DNA of 64,000 nucleotides from Candidatus Cloacimonadales bacterium. GTDB lineage: Bacteria; Cloacimonadota; Cloacimonadia; Cloacimonadales; JAFGVF01. A program made the position numbers and the translations under genes. Below the pieces are notes generated by a model. The model ran no database searches. It saw only the letters and a program-made list of their open reading frames with translations, and was not told the DNA's origin. This document shows, one piece after another, positions 47,697 through 57,262 of the stretch. The stretch is from assembly GCA_963662585.1 (NCBI GenBank), contig OY759729.1, forward strand, positions 2,912,001-2,976,000. The letters run 5' to 3'. Position 1 is the stretch's first letter, and each line of letters begins with the position of its first letter.

Positions 47697-50600
47697 TTAC
47701 TCCTTAGTTATTATTACATTTAGCTTAGTTGTTATTTTCTTAAAATGGTCAGGTTCAATTTTTTTTGAACACTCCATTATAGCTTCAAGTAGTTTTTCTT
47801 TAGGATAATTAAATTTCATTTCTTGGATGGAATCTAAGTTATCAATAATGAAATTACAGTATTCATCAAGCTTATCCTTAGACTGGAGTTTAAAGGCGCA
47901 TTTTATCAAACCTGTAATAGCAAATGTTTTTGATATGATATCTTCTGAATAATCAAAGGAAATCTGGTAAGAATCCAGACTATTTGCATAATTCCCTAAT
48001 TTGAATTCGCATTCTCCTATTAGACTATTCATTTGGATTAGTCCAGTTCTATTATTTATCTTTTTAGATATTCTTAAATTTATATTAAAATGATATTTAG
48101 CTTCAGCAAAATCATCTTTAATCATAAGACATCTTCCAATTCCACTATTTGCCATGGCTAGTCCTAATTCATCATGTAAATGATATTTTTCAAAAATATT
48201 TAGTTGTTTACGATAAAAATCCTCAGCTTTGTAAGCAATCTCAGATTTATCTTCTTGATCATCTTGAATTGAATTTATTAAGAGATAAGCTAAAGAGTTA
48301 TAAACCCGACCTTGTATCTTTACTGCTTCGATACTGCCAGTTTTATTATCTAGTAACTCAAGTGCTTTTTCAAAGGAATCTTTAATTTCGTTGGAATTAA
48401 AACGCGGTAGGCATAAGCCAAGAAATTGAAAAATCTCAGCCTTTTCTAATGTATTTGAAACGCTTGGAAGTAATTGTTTTGCCAGCAATACAGCATTTTC
48501 AAAATAAACTTGTTTTCGGGTTAAATTTCCAGTATTGTATAATAATCTTAAAACCTTTATTAAAAGGCGGTTTGAATATGAAGTTATATTTTGTTCAAGG
48601 ACTTGTATCCAAAAATCAGCTTTTTCAATCATTGTTATGTTGCCCGTCAAATGTAGTATATTCAACTCTAAAACTTGACATTCTTCTGCAATTTCTTTCT
48701 TTCTTCCGATAATAGTTGCACACTCTTCAGCCATCTGTAAATACTCTTTTGCTGTATTGTAAGAATAATTACCTTGAGCAGACTGAGAGGCCTTAACGCA
48801 GTATTTATACCCTTTATCGGCAAAGGTAGAACCTGCAGCGTAGAAGTGCAATGCTAAATCGTATAAGTGCTGATTTGAAAGAGATAGTGTTTTTTCTAAA
48901 GACAGAGCTATTCTAGCATGGAATTCTCTTACTAATTGAGATACAGTGTTGTCATTAGGTCCTTTGGCTTTTATAGACATCTTACTGCGTAATGCTTCCA
49001 ATACAAAAGAGCTGTTAAATGTATAAAAATCATCATTTTCTTTTACATCAGAGATTAACTGAGTTCTTGTTTCTATTAAATCAAGGAGTTTAATAAGTTT
49101 TAATTTTGACATTTCTAAGCTTTCTGCAACAATACTAATCTTGAAAGTCTTTCCTATACAAGCTGCACATAATAGAACTTCTTCATATTCAGGGAATTTA
49201 TCAATATAATCTTCAATAATCTTTCGCATATTTTCAGGAACAGGAAAAGCATTGTTTTCGTTGAATTTATCAGACCAATCAAAGCCTTTATCTTTCTTAA
49301 CAAAGTAGCCTTCTTTTATGAGAAACTTTAGCATTTCAGTCAACCAGTGCAATTCGCCTTTCCCTGATAAATCTCTGCCGAGTTCATTTACTATTCTATT
49401 GGAGACTCTTCTATATAACCCTAGATTCTCTTCAAGTAATCTGACTTTATCCTCTGGAAGTAATTCTGTAACCTCGGTAATTGAATCCTCATTAACTAAT
49501 TCACATAATTGTTCCTTAGTACGAGAAACTATTATCAATCTTATATTTAAATCAGCTTTTTCAATCTCATCGATTAAGAAAAGTAGTAGTTCCTTCGATG
49601 AATCATCAGCCCATTGGACATCATCAATACCTATGAACAATTCACATTCCTCGGACAATTTTTTTAACAAATCAAGAATTGCAATATGAATTTCTGTTTT
49701 ACCAGAAATAATATTATCTTCCTCAGAAGAGGGTGGTATAAATATACTTGATAAAGGTATGACATTATCTAATAAAGAATTTACTACGGAATCAAACTGA
49801 TTACAACTTTTAGTTATCTGAATTAGATTTATATTCAGTTTCTCTGATAGAGCTTTCTGAAATGGAGCATAAGGTATTTTACATGTCTGCTCATTAAAAC
49901 TTTCAGGGCAGTTTCCATATAGGATTTCTGAACTGCCATCGTTTAGTAGTTTTTGTAACAAAGAGGTTTTACCTCTACCAGAGTTCCCAAAAATTCCGAT
50001 TACTTTATTTTTTTTTATTAAGAGTTCAGCTTTATGAAAAGAACTAAATTTAACATAAATTGGATTCTCAATTCTGGCTTCGAATTCTTTAAGATTGGCT
50101 GGTGAATCAATAGGATTAGATTTGGCTTCATTTACTGCTAAAGTAGATTTCTTTTTCTGAACTTTGTTGCCACTAATTAATCGAGGAGATAATAATAACA
50201 AAATACTAAATCCTGCGAGAATCATATATTGAATATTACCTAAGAAAATTACAGTTCCAAGAATAATTGCAGATAATACAGGGCTTATTAAATCCATAAC
50301 ATTTTTTATGAGTTTATTTTGATAAAAATGTCTAGCTAAAATAAATGAAATAAAAATCACTAAACACAGCAAGAAAAAACTGATAAGGATTCCTTTAATT
50401 TCAAAGAATAGAATAAACAATGACGAGAAGTAACCAACTGTACCAAATGCCGTTGCTGAGAAAATTATAAAAGGATCTTTAATCTGCTGGAGCAAATTGA
50501 ATCTCTGTGACAGAACTTTGAAAATAAATAAAGGGGATAGTATGATTAGAGTTCCGGTGAGTATGGGCCACCAGAATGATAATATCGCTAAATTCTCACT

Positions 50601-51629
50601 TGGGGGTGAAATATGGTTCATTATTGCAATAATGACATACGGAAAATACTTACCAAAAGCAAAAGCGATTAAAGGAACATGTACATATTTAAGTAGCGAT
50701 AAGTAATTGGTTTTTGGATTTTCCTTTTTGAATAAAAGCATAAATACAATAATACTTAGTAATAATAGGGTAATGTTTGTTAAAATTATAGGTAATTGCA
50801 TATCTCTTTTATCTCGACAGAATCCCATTACTGAAGCAGTGTAAGTTGGATTAACTGCTCTATTTTGATAAACATTGCCAGATAAAGTGAAAAAATAATA
50901 ATCATTAATCACATCTGATTTTGAAATCCATACTATTAGAATATTTTCAGAAGAGCTATACTCAGATAATTTTTCAATGATTTCTATATTAATATTTCCT
51001 GTTCTTAACTCCTTCAATTCTTCAGGATTTAGATAAGAGTCTATTGTTTTTTTGTTTTGAACAAAATAACCTGAATTAGTATTGAATAAATACAACACTT
51101 CATTTTCATAATTATCCTTTCCCTCCTTATCCAGGAAAAATACATTAAGTTGCGGAATCTTACTTCTTATAAAAATCTCATTGGCTAATTTTTCTGAGGC
51201 AGAAGATATAGCAATAATATCCGGATCATCCACTAACTCATAAGTAACTAAAGATGCAGAATTTAGTAGTATGGGAAGAGTTAGCAGGTTTTTGAGAGGA
51301 AACAAACCTCCATAGGTATCATGTGCCATATCAATCTGATTATCTAAATCTATCTTTAGATTGTCTATTAATGATTGATACTTGATTTTTGTATTTTCAT
51401 TCAAAGAACTTGATTTAAGCACAGATTCTGCTTTAACAAGATAGTTTAAACCCTCTCCATAACAGCTCATACTCCCTTTTTCAGCTAAACCAAACCAATA
51501 AAAAGTTTCAGCATGCTTAATGTATTCTTCAATACTTTTAGAATTGTTGACTTCAGAATAAGCAGTTTTTGTTATTACCAAAAAGAGTAAAATAATAATC
51601 TTTATATGTAATTGATTAAAAAGCTTCAT
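47697..51629 (-). CDS. Membrane protein: exported N-domain + multi-TM + STAND (AAA_16-like) ATPase + TPR-like repeats
   Basis: Signal peptide; ~7 hydrophobic segments; GNSGRGKT; IGIDDVQWAD; AACIGKTF; LALHF; TPR-like C-terminus. Confidence 0.82.
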   Translation of the reverse strand: MKLFNQLHIKIIILLFLVITKTAYSEVNNSKSIEEYIKHAETFYWFGLAEKGSMSCYGEGLNYLVKAESVLKSSSLNENTKIKYQSLIDNLKIDLDNQIDMAHDTYGGLFPLKNLLTLPILLNSASLVTYELVDDPDIIAISSASEKLANEIFIRSKIPQLNVFFLDKEGKDNYENEVLYLFNTNSGYFVQNKKTIDSYLNPEELKELRTGNINIEIIEKLSEYSSSENILIVWISKSDVINDYYFFTLSGNVYQNRAVNPTYTASVMGFCRDKRDMQLPIILTNITLLLLSIIVFMLLFKKENPKTNYLSLLKYVHVPLIAFAFGKYFPYVIIAIMNHISPPSENLAILSFWWPILTGTLIILSPLFIFKVLSQRFNLLQQIKDPFIIFSATAFGTVGYFSSLFILFFEIKGILISFFLLCLVIFISFILARHFYQNKLIKNVMDLISPVLSAIILGTVIFLGNIQYMILAGFSILLLLSPRLISGNKVQKKKSTLAVNEAKSNPIDSPANLKEFEARIENPIYVKFSSFHKAELLIKKNKVIGIFGNSGRGKTSLLQKLLNDGSSEILYGNCPESFNEQTCKIPYAPFQKALSEKLNINLIQITKSCNQFDSVVNSLLDNVIPLSSIFIPPSSEEDNIISGKTEIHIAILDLLKKLSEECELFIGIDDVQWADDSSKELLLFLIDEIEKADLNIRLIIVSRTKEQLCELVNEDSITEVTELLPEDKVRLLEENLGLYRRVSNRIVNELGRDLSGKGELHWLTEMLKFLIKEGYFVKKDKGFDWSDKFNENNAFPVPENMRKIIEDYIDKFPEYEEVLLCAACIGKTFKISIVAESLEMSKLKLIKLLDLIETRTQLISDVKENDDFYTFNSSFVLEALRSKMSIKAKGPNDNTVSQLVREFHARIALSLEKTLSLSNQHLYDLALHFYAAGSTFADKGYKYCVKASQSAQGNYSYNTAKEYLQMAEECATIIGRKKEIAEECQVLELNILHLTGNITMIEKADFWIQVLEQNITSYSNRLLIKVLRLLYNTGNLTRKQVYFENAVLLAKQLLPSVSNTLEKAEIFQFLGLCLPRFNSNEIKDSFEKALELLDNKTGSIEAVKIQGRVYNSLAYLLINSIQDDQEDKSEIAYKAEDFYRKQLNIFEKYHLHDELGLAMANSGIGRCLMIKDDFAEAKYHFNINLRISKKINNRTGLIQMNSLIGECEFKLGNYANSLDSYQISFDYSEDIISKTFAITGLIKCAFKLQSKDKLDEYCNFIIDNLDSIQEMKFNYPKEKLLEAIMECSKKIEPDHFKKITTKLNVIITKE

Positions 51630-51641
51630 TTTTACCTTCCA

Positions 51642-53957
51642 CTATTTTTGTTTATTAATATATCTAATATGAAACAATTTCAATAATGCAAAAACACCAT
51701 ATGAAAGGATTGATGAAAATCCAAAAATAATAACAAATTGTATCCAGCCAGCAATACTACTTTCGGGGAAAAAAGCAGTATATTTTTCAGCAAATGATTT
51801 ATCCATATGAATGCCACTAAAGAAACCAGTTGTTAGAGCAAAGGGAGCAATGATTATAGTTATAACCGTGCCAATAAGTCTAGAAAAAGAAGTTCTAATA
51901 TCTTTCACTTGAGCAGCTAATGATTCGATCTTTTGTTTTGCATCGTTAAATTTTTTATCAATATCAAGAATTAGTCGTATATTCTCGTATGATTTCTGCT
52001 GGAAATCATTATCAGTTATGGTATCAAAGAAAAGAATTTGTTCTATTTTCATTAGTTTCCATCTGTCTGAAATGATTTCATTATTTGTAGGCGCTATGGA
52101 TCGGTGCTTTATGAAATCCAGAACAAGATTTTTCAAAGTAATTTTCTGCAGTGTGGCCAATAATACGATCATAGTATTTTCGAGGGAGAGTTTAGAATAA
52201 TTGTCTGATTCAAAATTTTCTTCATCTGAGAAAAATAGAGCAAATCCCCTTTCGGTGCCATAAAATACCATTTCATTATTATCGGAGACATTAACTAATG
52301 AATTCATATGATTTAGACATGCAATTCTATTGTGAAAATCATTTGAGATAGAATCAACAAGTCTATGAAGTATCCTTTTAGCATTACCTTCAATTTTACC
52401 AAGATTAAGTTCTACTGGGTTTAATTTAACTGTAGATAATATGAAGTTTTCTTTTTTGCTCACTACCTGTAGGCCTTCTTGTAGTAATGATTGATAGTCA
52501 AATTCTCTTAGTTTTTTGATTGCAGTAATTAATTCTCGAAGACATAATGATGACTGCAATTTGAAACCAATATAGCAGATAGCATTTTCTAAACCCATAA
52601 AAATTACAAAACTCTGTGATAGTTTTAAATGGTCGAATGTCAGTCTATTAGTAAATTGCAAAGGAATAACTTGCAAAACTTCTTCAAAACCACTTTTGCT
52701 AAAAGTTTGGCGAATTTCTTCAGAAAAATTAGAGAAAAGTTCATTAGAGTTTAATTTTGCATTTTTGGGAAGAAAATCAGGACTTGTAATTCTCACTGGA
52801 ATCATCATTGAGATAAAAGCATAGTCAGTGTGGACAAATTTAGCAGGGTCACCATATTCCCAAATAGTATTCAGCATTTCAATCTCAGAAATTTGTGATG
52901 CACAAACTCGCTTATTATCTATAGTTATTGAAGGTGAATCCACTATCGTAAAAAAGTGACCTCTACCATCATACCAAGGTGAAATTATGTTAGTGCCAAA
53001 TCTACCCTTACCTTGTTCTACTCGTTCACGGCCCTGAAGAGTTTTTAAATTAATTAAATCTTCAATATTTTGTTCTTTTTTTTCAAGAATACTACCTAAA
53101 TTTTCTAGATGAAGACCACTCCATGGATCAGTACTAATGATGTAATGAATGAGATTTCTATTCTCAGAATTTTCAATTCTTAAAGAAGTCACCAATAAAG
53201 TAAATCCTAACCCTAATTCACTATTTTTAAAATCTGATCTTGCTAATTCACGAAACAATTCGCTTTTAGGTTCTCTTAAGTATAGTCCATCAACTAAACT
53301 CCACTGAGTTTGAGAATTACTGTAACTTTTTGTCTTAGGTAATCTTAATTGAAATTTAATTCCTCTATCAATATCTTCTAAATAATCTCTATATGCTTGC
53401 TCGAAAGAAAGTTTTGCTTGTATAGTTATTAATTTCTCACAAATTGAGTCTAATGAGTTTCCTTTAGATAACAATGTATAAACTTTATCTATAATTTTTA
53501 AACCATGTTTTACGATATCTATATCATTATTTACTCCTGAAGTATTTAAAACCGTTCGATAAACAACAACCCAATTCTTGCGAGGGTCAATATTTTTTAG
53601 TAAGCCCTGGTCATTTTCGGTAACCCAGTTTACAAGTTCTTGCACATAGATGTTATTTTCTGGTACGATATTGTCTTCAAGGATTTTTCTTAAGAGCCAA
53701 GTAGTAAATAAAGCATCAAGGTCAGGACTTTCGTGTAAATAGATATTGCAATATAAATCATCATTAAAATGTGGTAATATGTATTGTTTATACACATTGC
53801 AAATTAATTCTGCTGCACTATTTTCATCTACTTCATTGTGATGGTGGTCAATAACACCCAGACTTACACGGTTACCTACATCTAACCAAAAGTTATTTTT
53901 TTCAATATTTTCTGGCGCTATTTGACCTTTATTGACGAAATGAAAATTAAATTCCAT
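51642..53957 (-). CDS. Permuted DHH-like phosphoesterase domain fused to CorA-like 2-TM C-terminus
   Basis: LDVG, IDHHH, SAAEL, HESPDLDA; long helix then IGTVITIIIAPFALTTGFFSGIHM and a second TM helix. Confidence 0.6.
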   Translation of the reverse strand: MEFNFHFVNKGQIAPENIEKNNFWLDVGNRVSLGVIDHHHNEVDENSAAELICNVYKQYILPHFNDDLYCNIYLHESPDLDALFTTWLLRKILEDNIVPENNIYVQELVNWVTENDQGLLKNIDPRKNWVVVYRTVLNTSGVNNDIDIVKHGLKIIDKVYTLLSKGNSLDSICEKLITIQAKLSFEQAYRDYLEDIDRGIKFQLRLPKTKSYSNSQTQWSLVDGLYLREPKSELFRELARSDFKNSELGLGFTLLVTSLRIENSENRNLIHYIISTDPWSGLHLENLGSILEKKEQNIEDLINLKTLQGRERVEQGKGRFGTNIISPWYDGRGHFFTIVDSPSITIDNKRVCASQISEIEMLNTIWEYGDPAKFVHTDYAFISMMIPVRITSPDFLPKNAKLNSNELFSNFSEEIRQTFSKSGFEEVLQVIPLQFTNRLTFDHLKLSQSFVIFMGLENAICYIGFKLQSSLCLRELITAIKKLREFDYQSLLQEGLQVVSKKENFILSTVKLNPVELNLGKIEGNAKRILHRLVDSISNDFHNRIACLNHMNSLVNVSDNNEMVFYGTERGFALFFSDEENFESDNYSKLSLENTMIVLLATLQKITLKNLVLDFIKHRSIAPTNNEIISDRWKLMKIEQILFFDTITDNDFQQKSYENIRLILDIDKKFNDAKQKIESLAAQVKDIRTSFSRLIGTVITIIIAPFALTTGFFSGIHMDKSFAEKYTAFFPESSIAGWIQFVIIFGFSSILSYGVFALLKLFHIRYINKQK

Positions 53958-54793
53958 AATGACTCCTTATAAAAATTTGGTATGATATAAAATTGACCAA
54001 TAATTTTAACTCTTTTTCTTAAGTAATAATTCCTCTAAGTTATCCACTTTTGGAGTTCTTAGATTATAGATTGGGAATAAGATAGGATAGATAGTTGTGA
54101 TATTTTATAAATTTTCAAAACAATATATATCATCACTTGTAATAATACTAAACTTTTCTATTAAATTCATTAACTACTCCTAACCTTGTTTAATCTAGAC
54201 ATCATGAAGAATCCCCTAAGGGATCAATCTTACTTGCATGAATTATGTAAAGAATGATAAAATAAAGAAGCGTAGAAATGATCATATCGGATATTATTGA
54301 CCAATATTTGAAGATTTTCTCTTTTTCTTGTTTATAAGATTCTCTCTTTTATGTGTCTTAATTATATCTAACATTATAAAACCAATTATAACATCAAATC
54401 CAAATTTAATAGTAACAAAAAAATATGTCAATATAAAAAATTATATCAATATAAAAAATTGTCTGAGACTTGTTATTACGCTAAAAATCATAGGCTTTGA
54501 TTTTCAACAGATTAGTTTTAAAGTCTCTATTTTGTTTGTAGTAACTACATATTGCAAATTTTACGGCTAAAAGAGGTGGACCATCGTAGGATGGAGTGGT
54601 GGTGCTCTAAGGTAATTATTTCTTTTCAGTTATGGAAATAATCTAACATAAGTAGATAGCTGACAGAGTAGAATAAGTGCTCAAAACAAGCTATCTGAAC
54701 CTTGAAGAGGATGTTTCTATTTTTTTTTAACTTCTAAAACATTTATTCTATAATATTGACTTAGAAGATAATGTTTCTACTAATAATTATCCT

Positions 54794-55897
54794 TTAGTTA
54801 TCAATGCTATTGAGAATACTTTTAATCTCATTTATATCATATTTAAATAGATTTTTAATACTATATCTACTAAAGAAAGCTTTTTTAACCTCATTTGAAA
54901 TTTCTTCAGGAAATTCTTCATTTTTATTCCAATTTATTCCAATTTCTTTTCTCATTTCATCATTAATTTCACCGTAATCTTTTTTATAATTATCAGCTTT
55001 TTTCTTAATTAGCATACTCAAGTGATTGATCACTTTGAAGTCTAATTCTATTTTTTCTAAGAGCTCTAATGATTTGGAGTTTTTAAGTATAATTTCTTTA
55101 TCTTTCCAATCAAGTTTGTTATAGTTACATAACAAAACACTATCTAATCTTTCACTTAAGATCTCCTCAAAATAATTTTTCTTAGCTTTCACATCAAATA
55201 TTTCTTCTGAGGGTAGTAATAATGCAGATAATTTATTTCCTTCATAACAACCTGTATCAATCCCAAAAATATTACCCTTTGTTCCTCTCTCAACATTTTT
55301 ATACTTAGTATGTCCAAACACTATCTTATAATTACCTTCAAATGAATTAAACCATGGAGTACTCTTATTGTCAAACCCTATTCTACCTGCTGATCCAATT
55401 CCTAGAATATATTTGATTTCACTATCAATTTCCCCATTCTTTATTATCTTAAGCTGTAAATTATCTTCATTAACACTATTTTTCCATCCTGCATGAACTA
55501 TTAAATATTTTTCTCCAGAATACAATTTTAATTCTATATACAAAGGTAAAGTTGAAATAAAGTCAATTATTTCAATATACTCATTCTTGCTCAGCATATA
55601 TCTTTGAATTTCTCCCGAAAAATTTCGCTTATCAAATAAACTTTCATTATTTATCATTTTTTTAATGTGTTTAATTTCATGATTTCCCATTATTGCAAAT
55701 GCATTAGGGGTCTGTTTAAAAAAAAGCACTGTTTCATGAGTTTTATACCCTCTATCAACAATATCACCTACAGAGATGATAATATCAGTTCCTATCTTAA
55801 TTCCGGATTTTTCAATCAGGTTTATCATTTCGTCGTAGCAACCGTGAATATCCCCTATGATCAAGGCATTTTGATTCTTTTTGAGATTGATTTTCAT
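54794..55897 (-). CDS. Calcineurin-like metallophosphoesterase (PrpE/ApaH/Pnkp-phosphatase-like)
   Basis: GDIHG, GDIVDRG, GNHE, VHAG, FGHT, IDTGC. Confidence 0.88.
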   Translation of the reverse strand: MKINLKKNQNALIIGDIHGCYDEMINLIEKSGIKIGTDIIISVGDIVDRGYKTHETVLFFKQTPNAFAIMGNHEIKHIKKMINNESLFDKRNFSGEIQRYMLSKNEYIEIIDFISTLPLYIELKLYSGEKYLIVHAGWKNSVNEDNLQLKIIKNGEIDSEIKYILGIGSAGRIGFDNKSTPWFNSFEGNYKIVFGHTKYKNVERGTKGNIFGIDTGCYEGNKLSALLLPSEEIFDVKAKKNYFEEILSERLDSVLLCNYNKLDWKDKEIILKNSKSLELLEKIELDFKVINHLSMLIKKKADNYKKDYGEINDEMRKEIGINWNKNEEFPEEISNEVKKAFFSRYSIKNLFKYDINEIKSILNSIDN

Positions 55898-56067
55898 GAC
55901 ATTTACTCCTATATATAAGTGTTTTTAATTCAGCAAAATTATTTTCGTCTATATTATATAAACTATTTATTTATAAAATATAAATTGGAAGTTGAGTTTT
56001 TTCTTAAGAATCCAATAAAATTCCTTTCATTAGGTTATTGATAAATGTCCATGATTGAGGACTTCCC

Positions 56068-57261
56068 TTACCATATGAAACGATCGTACCATCTAGATTT
56101 TTGGTTTGCCCATACCAGTTTGTGTAAGTGGGTGGTGGTAACTTTGTGAGGTGCCATGAAATAAGAGAAGAGTGTTGTAGGCATTCTTCCCCAAATCCTA
56201 AAATCATCCTCTTCTAGTTTTTTTTGATCTCTTACAATCACCACTCTAATTTTCAATTTAAATAGTAATTCTTGGTTATCAGTCATCCAATAAAATATGT
56301 TTAGTAGATCAGAAGACATCAATTCATTGCAGTTAAAAATAAATATTGGTACTAAGATTTTATCAATATTATCTAAAATATTCAATGAAAAATTCTTTAT
56401 TTTTAAAGTTGAAGAAATTTCGTTAATTAAGAATTTGCTGGTAAGCTTTATATGTAGTAGTGTTTTTGACTGTTTATGCTTTAAATATGACATTAGCTCA
56501 TTCTCAAAACTCGAATCCAATAACATAAAAGGCTCTTTATATAACAGATAATATTTGAACCATTTTAAAACATTATGATTATCTAAATCACTATATATTT
56601 TATTTAAGTTATTTATTCGTGTAATAATTTCATCTATGGTTGGATCATCTAAGTTGCTGTCTAAAAAACGTAACAAATGCCAAGCTTCATTTAAGTCATT
56701 TTTTGTAGAATCAGTCTGATAATGAATCACTGTTGGGGAGATTATATTGGAAAAATATAATAACTTATTATCTTCTAAAGCAATAAAAGGAGAAACTTTT
56801 ATATTACGAAAATATATATCTCTATCATTCGCATAAACTTCTGGTAAATTTTTAAACAACTCTGTCTCTCCACCCCACAAATTTGAACAATCACTTATTA
56901 CCTCATCCTGAGTCTTATCTTTGGGGTGAACTAATTGGTTTCTAAGTTGAATGGTCTTTACAATTACTCCTTTGCCCTTTGTTTCTCTTTTTTTTATGTA
57001 ATTTGTAAGTTCAGCAAGTTCTAGACAATTACTATTATTTGCACAAAAAATTAATAAAGTGTGTAGACTTCCTAAAGTTTTATTAGCAAAATTACTATTT
57101 AATTTACTTATTATTCCACAAGGTACATTTCCTTCATTAAGATAACTTGCAAGGTATATACTAATAAGTTTTATGACTAACTGCTCAACATCATTTCGTA
57201 TAAAAAGCTCAACATCGTTCAATATATCATTTTTATTCAAAATTTTAGCTTTGATTTCCAT
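56068..57261 (-). CDS. Hypothetical protein with HEPN-like Rx4H module
   Basis: Start reassigned to ATG 57261 (GGAG RBS, directly after the upstream stop); KTLGSL...LRNQLVHP...VSPFI pattern parallels the two NTPase N-termini. Confidence 0.7.
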   Translation of the reverse strand: MEIKAKILNKNDILNDVELFIRNDVEQLVIKLISIYLASYLNEGNVPCGIISKLNSNFANKTLGSLHTLLIFCANNSNCLELAELTNYIKKRETKGKGVIVKTIQLRNQLVHPKDKTQDEVISDCSNLWGGETELFKNLPEVYANDRDIYFRNIKVSPFIALEDNKLLYFSNIISPTVIHYQTDSTKNDLNEAWHLLRFLDSNLDDPTIDEIITRINNLNKIYSDLDNHNVLKWFKYYLLYKEPFMLLDSSFENELMSYLKHKQSKTLLHIKLTSKFLINEISSTLKIKNFSLNILDNIDKILVPIFIFNCNELMSSDLLNIFYWMTDNQELLFKLKIRVVIVRDQKKLEEDDFRIWGRMPTTLFSYFMAPHKVTTTHLHKLVWANQKSRWYDRFIW

Positions 57262-57262
57262 T

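Noticed and set aside
54006..54170. Minus-strand ATG with good GGAG RBS upstream of the DHH-CorA gene
   Set aside because: Stops after 21 codons; read-through gives no recognisable protein.
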